In this document: piece after piece, positions 39,729 to 49,323 of the stretch | Layout: each line of letters opens with the position of its first letter | How positions within the stretch are numbered: position 1 is the stretch's first letter | Origin: a virus | Taxonomy: Duplodnaviria; Caudoviricetes | Direction: 5' to 3' (one strand) | DNA length: 64,000 bases | Virus record (IMG/VR): IMGVR_UViG_3300029955_000001 | The notes under the pieces: model-generated | Seen by the model: only the letters and a program-made list of their open reading frames with translations | What the model was told of the DNA's origin: nothing | Databases searched by the model: none | Made by a program: the position numbers and the translations under genes

Positions 39729-40142
39729 CTATGCGTGATTAATCCCCACGCGACGTATTGTCGGGAGTATTAGCTTACGCCCAGATGTTTCAATGGAAAT
39801 AGTTTTCGATTTATTACGTATTGTAATAAGTCTGTGGTCATGATGTTCTGATGAACCAGCGTATGGGTAACCGATGGATGATGGATTTTGCTGTATGTAA
39901 TAACGACCAATGTCGTTTGTTTCAAGATCATAGACAGTGACTACATCGCCATCATAATCTCCGCCTAGATTACGAAAAGCGTTTCTAGCACTAGTGGCGT
40001 GCGTACCATCATTGCTAACAGCAAGGACTAAACCTTGTTTCGGTACAAACAACGGCATCAATGAGGATGCTCTAACGATAGCTGGCGCAGCCACAACCAA
40101 CCCCGCGCCAAACATACCTTTAAGAAATGAACGACGTTCCAT
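39729..40142 (-). CDS. Tat-signal protein carrying a GGDYDGD motif
   Basis: MERRSFLKGMFGAG twin-arginine signal; NLGGDYDGD. Confidence 0.6.
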   Translation of the reverse strand: MERRSFLKGMFGAGLVVAAPAIVRASSLMPLFVPKQGLVLAVSNDGTHATSARNAFRNLGGDYDGDVVTVYDLETNDIGRYYIQQNPSSIGYPYAGSSEHHDHRLITIRNKSKTISIETSGRKLILPTIRRVGINHA

Positions 40143-40345
40143 TATGTTTCCTTTTTAATCACGCGATATATACGATTAGCATATTTGCCTGCAAACGCCA
40201 CGAACATGTCTGTTGATTCAATGTGATCAGTAGGTAGCACTGGTTCGAAAAGAGTATCTCCAGTTATTCCTTCTGGTAACCCTTCGGGCAATGAAGTATT
40301 GTGCGCCAATAGCAGTTCATGATAGGTAATTACTTCGGTTGTCAT
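40142..40345 (-). CDS. Hypothetical protein
   Basis: GGAG SD, coupled. Confidence 0.5.
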   Translation of the reverse strand: MTTEVITYHELLLAHNTSLPEGLPEGITGDTLFEPVLPTDHIESTDMFVAFAGKYANRIYRVIKKET

Positions 40346-40357
40346 TTTATCTCCACA

Positions 40358-40645
40358 TTATTCTTTAACAAGAAATTTAGCTATTCCTAGTCCATCGGGA
40401 AGATTATCTCCTGTATCACTCATTAAAAAATCTACATAGAGTTCTACAGTGCGAACATTAACAACTAGATCTCTGTAATTCATTTTACTTCTGCTACTAA
40501 AGTATGCACGATCGGATTCGCTGTGCATAGCTTCATATCGCTTTGTGGTCTCTTTATAGATCTTCTCAGCTTCGCTATTAGACTTTGCTAGCGCACTCTC
40601 TAAGGCAGATCCATGACCCACTAGCGTGTCTTTAAATCGGCGCAT
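40358..40645 (-). CDS. Hypothetical protein
   Basis: AGGAG SD. Confidence 0.55.
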   Translation of the reverse strand: MRRFKDTLVGHGSALESALAKSNSEAEKIYKETTKRYEAMHSESDRAYFSSRSKMNYRDLVVNVRTVELYVDFLMSDTGDNLPDGLGIAKFLVKE

Positions 40646-40681
40646 GAGTTACTCCTGTTTGTTATTTTTTCTGAAAGAAAA

Positions 40682-41182
40682 CTAAAAATAAATTTCAGTT
40701 CCATCTTTCACTGATTGTGGCCAAGTTTTCACTTCTTGTTGCGCAGCTTTTACTTGATCGTACAAAGTTAAAGATTGTTTTGGTTTTTTATTTTCATCAC
40801 GTAGTCTTATTAATGTAGCGATATCATTTATACAACTACAAGTTTCAATATAAGTTTTATTCTCTACTTTAGCAATTAACTTAATTAGATTGTTTCGTTC
40901 TTCTTGCGCGTTATCTGAACTAATTACTTTTTGCGAAAGATCTTGTACGAATAGTCGCGCTACTGCTATTTTAGCAGCTTGTACTAAATCATTCACTTTC
41001 TGTGTTTCTTCAACAGAAATCAAATTAGGTGCCATGTACAAATGCATTAATATATTCATAGCGTTTGATGTACTTGGACTAACACTCTCTCTATCGTGAA
41101 GCATGCGAGATGCTCCTAGTATTTCTTGTTTTTCTTCTTCTGTATCTACTAGTATTTTAATCATGATGTTATTTTCCTTCAT
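40682..41182 (-). CDS. Hypothetical protein
   Basis: Co-directional ORF. Confidence 0.55.
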   Translation of the reverse strand: MKENNIMIKILVDTEEEKQEILGASRMLHDRESVSPSTSNAMNILMHLYMAPNLISVEETQKVNDLVQAAKIAVARLFVQDLSQKVISSDNAQEERNNLIKLIAKVENKTYIETCSCINDIATLIRLRDENKKPKQSLTLYDQVKAAQQEVKTWPQSVKDGTEIYF

Positions 41183-41368
41183 TGTTCTCTAACCATTTTT
41201 TAATATAATTATTTTTTATTTCAATTTTTTTCGATTCAGGTAATTCAGCACTACTAGAAAATAAAATAAATAATGAATCAAGCGTAGAGACATAATGATC
41301 AAATGCTTTCATTTTGGCTATAAAACTTATTTCAGCTGATATCATGCCCCCCCCCTATTATTTTTAAT

Positions 41369-41587
41369 TTACGGACATAAAAGACCATGATGATATACTC
41401 CTTTAGCATCAGGTCTGTCGCCAGGTTGCGTAGAAGATTTTCCAATATTACGCTTAATGATTAGACCAGTTATCTCGTTCATAGCTGCTACTATTTCCAA
41501 ACAATTCATAGTAGCAGCTAACTGATTACATAGATCGTAAATTCCATTCTTTAGTTGTGCTTCTGGGCTATCTCCAAATACACTCAT
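41369..41587 (-). CDS. Hypothetical protein
   Basis: AAGGAA SD. Confidence 0.5.
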   Translation of the reverse strand: MSVFGDSPEAQLKNGIYDLCNQLAATMNCLEIVAAMNEITGLIIKRNIGKSSTQPGDRPDAKGVYHHGLLCP

Positions 41588-41809
41588 TTATTTTCCTTCG
41601 TTATTTCAAAGCTGCGAAATTCATAGAACAAATATAAGAAATATGCGCGCACGCTGCTTTAGTACCTGGCGTAATGAATTTATTATGGCGAGGTGTTAAA
41701 CCTTCTAATCCTTTTACTGCCATGTTACTCTCCTTTATTTTTTATGACTTCAACAGAACAATTTTTTAAAGAAAAGCTTAATATCTCTATATCACTCATG
41801 ATCTATCCT

Positions 41810-42013
41810 TTAAGCTGTATGAAAAATGACGCAAACACCGATAATGATAGTAATAGTTGTTACTACCATCATCATCCAAAATGCAAAGAACTCTGGTTCA
41901 GAATTATTTTTCTGTTTACAAATTAAACCAAAATGTTCCACTACAACTCTAGCTGGAGGCGCCTCTGGAGGTGGAGTATGATAATGTAATTCTTTTTTAA
42001 ATTGTTTCTTCAT
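41810..42013 (-). CDS. Small C-terminally anchored membrane protein
   Basis: AGGAG SD; hydrophobic C-terminus. Confidence 0.55.
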   Translation of the reverse strand: MKKQFKKELHYHTPPPEAPPARVVVEHFGLICKQKNNSEPEFFAFWMMMVVTTITIIIGVCVIFHTA

Positions 42014-42093
42014 TACTATCTCCTGATGTAGGCTTATGTAACATACCGTTATAAGTAAGTTATTCTGCCAATAGTCTCAAAATTTTTTAATCT

Positions 42094-42342
42094 TTAATCA
42101 ATTGGATGTCTTGATATATTGTACTTCCGTCCATAATCTCGTTCTCTATCCACACATTTTTCGCATTTGTGACAAGTGAAATATAAAATACGTGGACATG
42201 CGCTATTATCACCTTTGAAAGAAACTCCTTCATCCCAATAGTGAAAACAAAATAGTTGCTTAAAGAATTTTCTTATTGATCGACGATAGTCAGATACAAG
42301 TATAATTACAAAGCAAAATACACAAAACGTAACCGACTCCAC
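42094..42342 (-). CDS. Small membrane protein with Cys/His motif
   Basis: FCFHYW...TCHKC. Confidence 0.45.
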   Translation of the reverse strand: MESVTFCVFCFVIILVSDYRRSIRKFFKQLFCFHYWDEGVSFKGDNSACPRILYFTCHKCEKCVDRERDYGRKYNISRHPID

Positions 42343-42365
42343 AATGCAGAAAGTGCTTGGCGTGA

Positions 42366-43265
42366 TTATCCTATTTTAGAATTACTTCCAGATTTATATT
42401 TAATCGTTATTGCGAAGTTACCAGTATCATTCAATCTTACACCCCAATTACTGTACATGTGCGGGCAGTAGACATTACGCTTGTTAATAATTGTTTCAAA
42501 ACCTCGTACGCCACGTATTTCCACTCTAGTAGTTACTGGATCATATTCAATTGTTCTATACAGCGTTGTTGGTGAAGTTCCTTCTGGACACGCATGACCG
42601 TGAGGTAAAATATGCTTTAACAAAAACATACCTGACGGTAGCGTAATTTTACTAGTAGCTAATGCAAGTTCAGAAATATCTAGTTTTGTTATATCTTCTT
42701 TAGATGGCTGTTTATGCATAGCCCAGGCCACTCCATCAAAATCGAAATCATTACTTTCTTTATTATCTTTACTGACACAAAGTGCAGATTTCTTAAGAAG
42801 TTCCAGTGTCATCTCTGGATTTTCATTAGCAGTCATTGGATCGATGGCGTGTGCTACCTTACAACGAGGCTTGAAGTTTCCATCCCCATCTGCGTAAAAC
42901 CCAACCATCCTACTAGATCCCCAACTAGCCAATTTATTCCAATGATCAAACATGGCTTCTAATGCGATTCCTTGCGCTGGGGTTACGTCAAAGTACGCAG
43001 TCATTTGGTAACGTTCTTTACTCTTTCTGATCGGAGTATGTGTTTCACTCAGCGATATTTGCGTAGTAAAGAATTTACTATCAAATGTCTTTACAATCTC
43101 AGCATAATTAGCAATCGTTTCTGGACGTTCTTCTGGATCGACTAATCGAATATCGTGAAAACCAGCTTCTTTCAGAGCTTTTTGAATAACTGCTAAAATA
43201 ACAGTTTTACCAGTGTTAGCTTTACCCGATATGTTAATCGAGATTTGATCTTTTTCAGTGTTCAT
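42366..43265 (-). CDS. Hypothetical multi-domain protein with P-loop-like N-terminus
   Basis: ISGKANTGKT. Confidence 0.55.
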   Translation of the reverse strand: MNTEKDQISINISGKANTGKTVILAVIQKALKEAGFHDIRLVDPEERPETIANYAEIVKTFDSKFFTTQISLSETHTPIRKSKERYQMTAYFDVTPAQGIALEAMFDHWNKLASWGSSRMVGFYADGDGNFKPRCKVAHAIDPMTANENPEMTLELLKKSALCVSKDNKESNDFDFDGVAWAMHKQPSKEDITKLDISELALATSKITLPSGMFLLKHILPHGHACPEGTSPTTLYRTIEYDPVTTRVEIRGVRGFETIINKRNVYCPHMYSNWGVRLNDTGNFAITIKYKSGSNSKIG

Positions 43266-43292
43266 TATAATTTCCTTTGTTCTAAGAATTTA

Positions 43293-43964
43293 TTATGCTA
43301 AGCCGTGTTTAGTAACCCACTCTGCTACAAGTGGGATGTTCGTAAAGCTTATTTCTTTGGCTAATACTTTCGCTTCTTCAATCTTGTTATTTTGCAAAAG
43401 TATACCAAGGTCACGTACTTCTGAAACACCTTGTCCATTATTATAGGACGCTTGTAACAAATACAATTCTTGCCACAGTGTTGAGAAATTATAAGTACCG
43501 GTGTGTTTAATTGAAAACCTAATAGGATACGCTCGCATAGCAGCCGATCCAATTGAGAGAGGCAGTATGTCGATATTCAAATCGAAATCTTCTCGCATCT
43601 TTTCAAAACTACCAAAAACAAAAAATTCTAACGACGCCATCAATGATGACAATACGAATCCATTACTTGGACGATAGCCGCGCGTTGTTAACTCCTGAAT
43701 AACACGCCCAGCCGATGCGTATGAATAAAATTTCTCAGCCATACTAGCATTCTCTGTCCAACATCCATTTGGTTCATCTGGGTTTTGGCGAATATGTATA
43801 TCTCGATAAAAATAACTCGGAACACGTAAATGTTTCGAATTAACTCGAATAATAACACCAGCAAAGTCAGATGTAATTTGTTGATCTGGAATTATGTCAA
43901 GACGATCTCTTGATTTTGTTATGACTTCCCAACCTGATATTTCTTTACCTCTATAATAGTACAT
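43293..43964 (-). CDS. Hypothetical protein
   Basis: AAGGA SD; C-terminal domain shared with 31421 ORF. Confidence 0.6.
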   Translation of the reverse strand: MYYYRGKEISGWEVITKSRDRLDIIPDQQITSDFAGVIIRVNSKHLRVPSYFYRDIHIRQNPDEPNGCWTENASMAEKFYSYASAGRVIQELTTRGYRPSNGFVLSSLMASLEFFVFGSFEKMREDFDLNIDILPLSIGSAAMRAYPIRFSIKHTGTYNFSTLWQELYLLQASYNNGQGVSEVRDLGILLQNNKIEEAKVLAKEISFTNIPLVAEWVTKHGLA

Positions 43965-44013
43965 TTCTTATCCTTTATCTACACAAACAATTAACGTGTT
44001 CTATATTTTTTTA

Positions 44014-44445
44014 TTATTCTGGCATAGTGTCTATTTTATACCCCATGAATTCTGCGTATTCACGTATCGTTGATACAAATAACTTAATGTCGATTTTATC
44101 TCCATTTATTGGCCATCTAGTGGCAGCGAAGAAGTTAGCCACGATAAAACTTACAGCTTCATCACTCCCCGTGTCATTTGCCCCCCCCCCCACATTCCTA
44201 TCCAAAGATAGTCTTGTGGGTAGAGCTGAAGTATCTTAGAAAGCTGTTGTTCGGTAAGAATGATACCACTAATCTCTTTGATCTTATCTTTGACCCAGTT
44301 GAACGTATCGTACGTTTGATGCATACCAACAATTTATAGTAATTTCATCATACGTTCTTTATGCATCTTCATGACCGTATTACAGTTGTCACTTGCAAAA
44401 CGCTTCGGATCACTTACAAGATATTTAGGTTCTATGATCAACATG
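44014..44445 (-). pseudogene. Disrupted ORF (in-frame TAA plus G-run frameshift)
   Basis: AAGGAA+ATG near 44445; reading continues through TAA near 44335, then shifts at the poly-C run near 44180-44190 into the 44014..44205 frame. Confidence 0.45.
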
Positions 44446-44460
44446 CTATTTTCCTTTATT

Positions 44461-44847
44461 TTATTTAATCACAATGAAACGAAAATTATTGGAACACTTC
44501 TTAGGATCTTCGGTTTCACCAAACCAACGTAGTACCCAATAATTGTTACTTGAGTCTTCAAACGTTATTTCAGCTTTCCACATCTTGCCAGGATAAACAC
44601 CACTTGGTAATGAAGTGGAATATGTTTTTAGTTGACGAAATGTTTCTTGATTCATGATAGCGTTCTTATCATCTATCACAATGTCTTTCGAATCAGGCTG
44701 TTCCCAATATTGCCCCATTGGATCTGTGACTGGCGGAATAATATTTGGATCTTTCTTACCAAATATCTTATCCCAGCCATCTCGATATTTATTCGATGGT
44801 TCTCTTGAAACAATCGTATCACCTGTGATATCATTTTTACTTGCCAT
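44461..44847 (-). CDS. Hypothetical protein
   Basis: MASKNDITGD...YRDGWDKIFGKK N-terminus; AAGGAG SD. Confidence 0.65.
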   Translation of the reverse strand: MASKNDITGDTIVSREPSNKYRDGWDKIFGKKDPNIIPPVTDPMGQYWEQPDSKDIVIDDKNAIMNQETFRQLKTYSTSLPSGVYPGKMWKAEITFEDSSNNYWVLRWFGETEDPKKCSNNFRFIVIK

Positions 44848-44915
44848 TATTACTCCTTAGGAAATAAACTGGAACTTACGAACAACCCTGATAGATTTAA
44901 AGCGTTGATATTAAT

Positions 44916-45212
44916 TCATGCCTCGTATATAAAAATACAAATTTGTAGTTTTACGTGAAAAATACACTGCCATAAATCACCGTCACTATTGCCGCTGTCA
45001 ATAATGATTAAGTTATTGAAATTTTCTTTAATCTCTTTATAAGAAATTAAACTAGGATCATTACCGTTTTCTATTTTTTCAATTCTTTGCTGATTAATTG
45101 GAATTCTTTGGTAAGCGTAAACTCCACCAAGTGCATCTTCATCAAACGCTCTAGTAAGGTAATTATAAAACATTGATATTGCTGCGTCGCCGTATTCAAT
45201 TGTTGTTGCCAT
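44916..45212 (-). CDS. Hypothetical protein
   Basis: AAGGAA SD. Confidence 0.55.
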   Translation of the reverse strand: MATTIEYGDAAISMFYNYLTRAFDEDALGGVYAYQRIPINQQRIEKIENGNDPSLISYKEIKENFNNLIIIDSGNSDGDLWQCIFHVKLQICIFIYEA

Positions 45213-45214
45213 TT

Positions 45215-45409
45215 CTATTTTCCTTTTTTCTCTTTGTAAATACCAAATGTTCGTAGATCTTGTTTAGCAATTTTTCGATCTTCTAGTATTACGTGTGTTG
45301 ATGTAGTTTCAATAAATTTACTGATAATAATTTCATCACTACTATAAAGCGTAACGCGTACGCGTTTTCCACGTTTACAACTAGTGTGGGAAGTTTTATG
45401 TTTTAACAT
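45215..45409 (-). CDS. Small basic hypothetical protein immediately downstream of the array
   Basis: AAGGAG SD; 64 aa, too short and unlike a Nop domain. Confidence 0.6.
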   Translation of the reverse strand: MLKHKTSHTSCKRGKRVRVTLYSSDEIIISKFIETTSTHVILEDRKIAKQDLRTFGIYKEKKGK

Positions 45410-45550
45410 TATTCTCCTTTATGATTATTAGTAAATTTATGGATGAGGAATGCTCTACCCTCACTCCTCTCCAATTGATACACTATGTTAAACTGTTGAG
45501 AGTCCGGTATCCTTAGGTCTCAACTTTTACTACTTGTCACTTCATATCGT

Positions 45551-47504
45551 TGGTTTACTATCTTTAACTGATTCACTTTTAACTCATGGTTTACTTTACC
45601 AGATTGATTCACTTCACTCCCTTGGTTTACTAAGACGAATTGATTCACTTATTGCTATTGGTTTTATTCGTGGTTCTGATACACTTAAACACATTGGTTT
45701 ACTAAACCTATTTGATTCACTACCCCGCTACGATACACTTGTTGGGTTTGGTTTACTATCTTGATTTGATGCACTAATTGGATCTGGTTTGCTTACGTTC
45801 ATTGACACGCTAATTAATTCTGGTTTACTAGTTCGTAATGACACACTTCGCCAGCTTGGTTTACTACACGTTAATGATACACTACGATGGCTTGGGTTTA
45901 TTTGCATTTCTGATACACTAGAGCACAACGGATTACTTTTATTGATTGATTCACTAACAACCATTGGTTTACTGTTAAGCTTTGATTCACTAATTAATAT
46001 TGGTTTACTGCCTTTCATTGATTCACTGCGGTGGGTTGGTTTACTGTCGAACGTTGATACACTATGCTTCCATGGTTTACTATACATTACTGATAAACTT
46101 ACAGGAGATGGTTTACTTATTTAGTTCGATACACTGGATACCAATGGTTTACTGTTGATTGGCGATACACTAATACCTGTTGGTTTACTTCTGTTTTATG
46201 ATTCAATCGTCGGGCTTGGTTTACTATCGTGTAATGATACACTTTTGACTAATGGTTTGCTAAATCAACTTGATACACTAACCCGCTATGGTTTACTGTT
46301 GATTGGTGACGCACTTCAGTATGTTGGTTTACTAACGGTCATTGATTCACTTTTAACTCATGGACTACTTGCGCATGCCGATACACTTCGTTACATTGAG
46401 TTACTAAAAATATGTGATACAATAAACTCCAATGGATTACTTCCCCATTTTGATACACTTTGCTGACTTGGTTTACTATGTTTCAACGATTAACTAGGTC
46501 TATCTGGTTTACTGTTTTTCACTGATGCGTTACGTAGCTTGGTTTACTTTCCTATTCTGACTCACTGTGCTCCTATGGATTACTTACACATGCTGATTCA
46601 CTACAGGTTAGTGGTTTACTTTGGCTGATTGATACACTAACGTATTATGGTTTACTTAACACCGCTGATACACTTAAACAGATTGGTTTACTTTGCCTTC
46701 TTGATTCAGTTGTTGAGTTTGGTTTACTAACGAATTTTGATTCACTTCAGTCGCATGGTTTACTGCCAGGCTTTGATACACTACGCTGCAATGGTTTACT
46801 TATGTCCCTTGACACACTGTTGCTTCTTGGATTACTTTATACCCGTTGATACACTGGTCTTAACTGGTTTACTCTGGTTCATTGATACACTTACTGTCTT
46901 CGGTTTACTATAACCTTCTGATACACTGTTATAAAACGAGTTAATTATCATCATTGATACTTTAGGTCATTTTGGTTTACTTTTGTTGTTTGATTCGCTA
47001 CTGTCTTCTGGTTTACTTTCTAGTTATGGCACACTAACTACCCATGAGTTACTGAAATTAATTGATACACTATTTCTTCTTGGTTTACTTCTTCGTTGTG
47101 ATACATTGACTTCCCGTGAGTTACTGACCGGAATTGATACACTAGTTCGACTTGGTTTACTGGATAACATTGATACACTTAAGAAGATTGGATTACTATT
47201 GGAATATGATTCACTAGAACTTTATGGTTTACTTGAACGCATTGATACACTACGATGCAGCGGTTTACATGTTTTTGTTGATACACTAATACCTGTTGGT
47301 TTACTACTTAATGTTGACACACTAACATCCCTTGAGTTACTCGTGCACGATGATACACTTAATATTCGTGGTTTACTGATTCATTCCGATTCACTATACA
47401 ACACTGGTTTACTTGTGCACCTTGATACACTACGCTCCTATGGTTTACTATCAAGTATTGATACACTAGTATCTTTTGGTTTACTAAGACACTACGACGT
47501 AAAA
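45551..47504 (-). repeat. TIGR-like tandem interspaced array: 54 x 36-bp units (AGTAAACCA-N9-AGTGWATCA-N9)
   Basis: Plus strand YGGTTTACT-N9-YGATWCACT-N9 read by hand from 45551 to ~47500; one extra half unit (~45723), one -1 (~46535) and one +1 (~46840) indel; stops in all frames. Confidence 0.85.
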
Positions 47505-47550
47505 AGGAGCATAACTCCTAAGTAGTATTTAAATTCATTAGCTACTCACT

Positions 47551-47570
47551 TAAGTGATATATGACTATAT
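47551..47570 (-). promoter_or_regulatory. Putative promoter facing the array
   Basis: ATATAGTCATATATCAC; same ATATATCAC core at 2581, 28334, 63870. Confidence 0.5.
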
Positions 47571-47602
47571 TTGTTTTGAATATAAAAAAAAAATAGGGCA
47601 TA

Positions 47603-47632
47603 AATAGATGGATTATTTCTAATCCATCTATT
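47603..47632 (-). terminator. Hairpin/terminator separating the array from the upstream RNA cluster
   Basis: AATAGATGGATT-N6-AATCCATCTATT, with a downstream T-run on minus strand. Confidence 0.6.
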
Positions 47633-48011
47633 CAATATTTCGATGAAACGAATGTTATTAAACTAGTGTATTAGTCACCAGCCGGAGATTCCAACATCCA
47701 ACAAACCTCCTCTTTTACTGCTTCGTTTTTAATGTATTCAATTCCGGCATTCTAATTGGAAACCAATCAGACAAAAGTGGAGTTGAAATTTCAGTAAACT
47801 AATGTCTACCTAGATTTTATTTAATCTCATCCCATGTAGCAGGAGTCTTGATCACAGTTAAAATCAGACTGTTTAAAACATAGTTGGGTCATGGAGACTG
47901 ACCAACATCACGCGTAATCCCCTGAGGCTTATTCCCCTCACAAGTAATCTCCCAGCCTATTTCTAAGCTTAGCGTCATCATTGGCTGACACAATTATCTA
48001 CTACCAATTAA

Positions 48012-48089
48012 TGGTGCTCACTGTCTGACTCGAACAGACGACCTCCGCATTACAAGTGCGGCGCTACTAGCCAACTGAGCTAAGCGAGC
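48012..48089 (-). tRNA. trnT: tRNA-Thr(UGU)
   Basis: GCTCGCT acceptor, CCGCA-CT-TGT-AA-TGCGG, TTCGAGT T-loop, CCA encoded. Confidence 0.9.
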
Positions 48090-48117
48090 AATACAACGAA
48101 TACAATTTGAACACAAT

Positions 48118-48259
48118 ACGACAAGATTGACAAGATAGCGAGATTGCTCCCAGCGCTCTATCCAGCTGAGCTACCTAAATCTCATTTCTGAAATATAGAG
48201 TAGGAATCGAACCTACGACCTCTTCATTAACAGTGTATGTAATCTTTATCTGCATTCGT
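48118..48259 (-). ncRNA. Y-RNA module Y1, YrlA-type (T arm, closed acceptor, D arm)
   Basis: GAATGC..TTACA, GGTTCGATTCC, AGCTCAGCTGGATAGAGC, CTTGTC. Confidence 0.85.
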
Positions 48260-48278
48260 AAAGCATTCAAAACTCTGA

Positions 48279-48399
48279 CCTGACAAAATTAATAAGATAT
48301 TTTATAAACTCTTTCGAGTCTATTCCTTGGATTTGAACCAAGTAACTACAGGATTATTCATCCCTCGTATTTGCCCATGTAATATTATTGGCATTCAGG
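48279..48399 (-). ncRNA. Y-RNA module Y2
   Basis: CCTGAATGC-N9-TACA...TTTGTCAGG; T arm CTTGGTTCAAATCCAAG. Confidence 0.75.
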
Positions 48400-48419
48400 T
48401 GTAAACTTTAAAAACTATT

Positions 48420-48512
48420 GGTGACAAGTGTTGTTAAGAAACGGTACTGCTGGGCGAAGAAAGGGAGTCGAAACTCCCGCATCTCTGCGATGTAATCTTA
48501 ACTGCATTCACC
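48420..48512 (-). ncRNA. Y-RNA module Y3
   Basis: GGTGAATGC-N9-TACA...CTTGTCACC; GGGAGTTTCGACTCCC. Confidence 0.78.
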
Positions 48513-48532
48513 GTAAACTCGATTGATCACTT

Positions 48533-48644
48533 CATGACAATTGTTGATGAAATTTCAGCAGTTTCCTGCTCCGCTGGTCATTGCTAGGAACTCTAACCTA
48601 ACTACCTCTCACGGCTTTTCAATGTAATTCCATCTGCATTCATG
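48533..48644 (-). ncRNA. Y-RNA module Y4
   Basis: CATGAATGC-N9-TACA...ATTGTCATG. Confidence 0.7.
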
Positions 48645-48660
48645 TTGTAATCAAAACCTT

Positions 48661-48735
48661 TGGCAGACCGTATGGGTTTCGATCCCATCTAACCACCTTG
48701 AAAGGGTGATGACCTCACCAGAAGTCGAACGGTCC
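48661..48735 (-). tRNA. trnE: tRNA-Glu(UUC)
   Basis: GGACCGT acceptor, TCACC-CT-TTC-AA-GGTGG, CCA encoded. Confidence 0.85.
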
Positions 48736-48746
48736 ATAAAACACTT

Positions 48747-48844
48747 TCCGACAAGTTAAGTAAAGATAGCCTTTCGGCATGGCGAAATATCAGATGTTTC
48801 CATCCAATAGCTTGGCTCGCAATGTAATCCTTACAGCATTCGGA
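48747..48844 (-). ncRNA. Y-RNA module Y5
   Basis: TCCGAATGC-N9-TACA...CTTGTCGGA. Confidence 0.75.
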
Positions 48845-48864
48845 ATAAAACTTTAGAGTACTGA

Positions 48865-48921
48865 ATGACAAAATCAATATTGACGTAAATATTCGTAATA
48901 TGTAATCAATACAGCATTCAG
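48865..48921 (-). ncRNA. Y-RNA module Y6 (minimal, ~57 nt)
   Basis: TGAATGC-N9-TACA, short hairpin, TTTGTCA. Confidence 0.65.
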
Positions 48922-48946
48922 TCAGCACTCGTAACTTGATTGAGTC

Positions 48947-49082
48947 GTAACGACAAGAATTAATAAATCAAGGGTTTCCCCTAGCTAGCGTTCTAACCAA
49001 CTGAACTACAACTCTTTTCAGAATTGACTGGAATCGAACCAGCGACCTCTTGCCTGACTGTAGATTTATCAGCATTCATTAC
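48947..49082 (-). ncRNA. Y-RNA module Y7, YrlA-type
   Basis: T arm GCTGGTTCGATTCCAG, AATTCT-GAAA-AGAGTT closed acceptor, D arm AGTTCAGTTGGTTAGAAC. Confidence 0.85.
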
Positions 49083-49147
49083 AACTCAAAACCGGTATCC
49101 GCACATTAGTGATATGTACAATTGAAACTTTAATTAAATCAGATGTT

Positions 49148-49284
49148 TCGTAACAAGTAATAAGTAAAACATGATTGTAGACCTGAGGGAGTGAGCCTCA
49201 GTGCGTTGCCGTCACGCTGTCCCTCACTTACGAGAGGTATGGGGTCGAACCATATCACTTATGTAGTTTTACTCGCATTTACAA
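49148..49284 (-). ncRNA. Y-RNA module Y8
   Basis: GTAAATGC-N9-TACA...CTTGTTAC; ATGGTTCGACCCCAT. Confidence 0.75.
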
Positions 49285-49323
49285 ACCATCCAAATCTTTG
49301 CATGAAACAATTACCAAGCAGAC

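Noticed and set aside
28415-44192. Poly-C tracts (28419, 41347, 44180) as phase-variation switches
   Set aside because: Two are intergenic near hairpins, and run lengths are unreliable without reads.
45551-47504. CRISPR array
   Set aside because: Repeats and spacers are only 9 nt, with two alternating repeat types; no cas genes.
45551-47504. Diversity-generating retroelement template/variable repeat
   Set aside because: No reverse transcriptase, no TR/VR pair, variation not adenine-specific.
45534-47525. Leucine-rich repeat protein gene (GLLxxxDTLxxx ORFs) or SKP/SVS protein
   Set aside because: Five stops (TGA, TAG, TGA, TAA, TAA) and indels in the best frame, antisense to all neighbours, no SD, and an invariant pyrimidine that codon degeneracy cannot explain. 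Some repeat variants do look synonymous, so it is kept as the refuting hypothesis.
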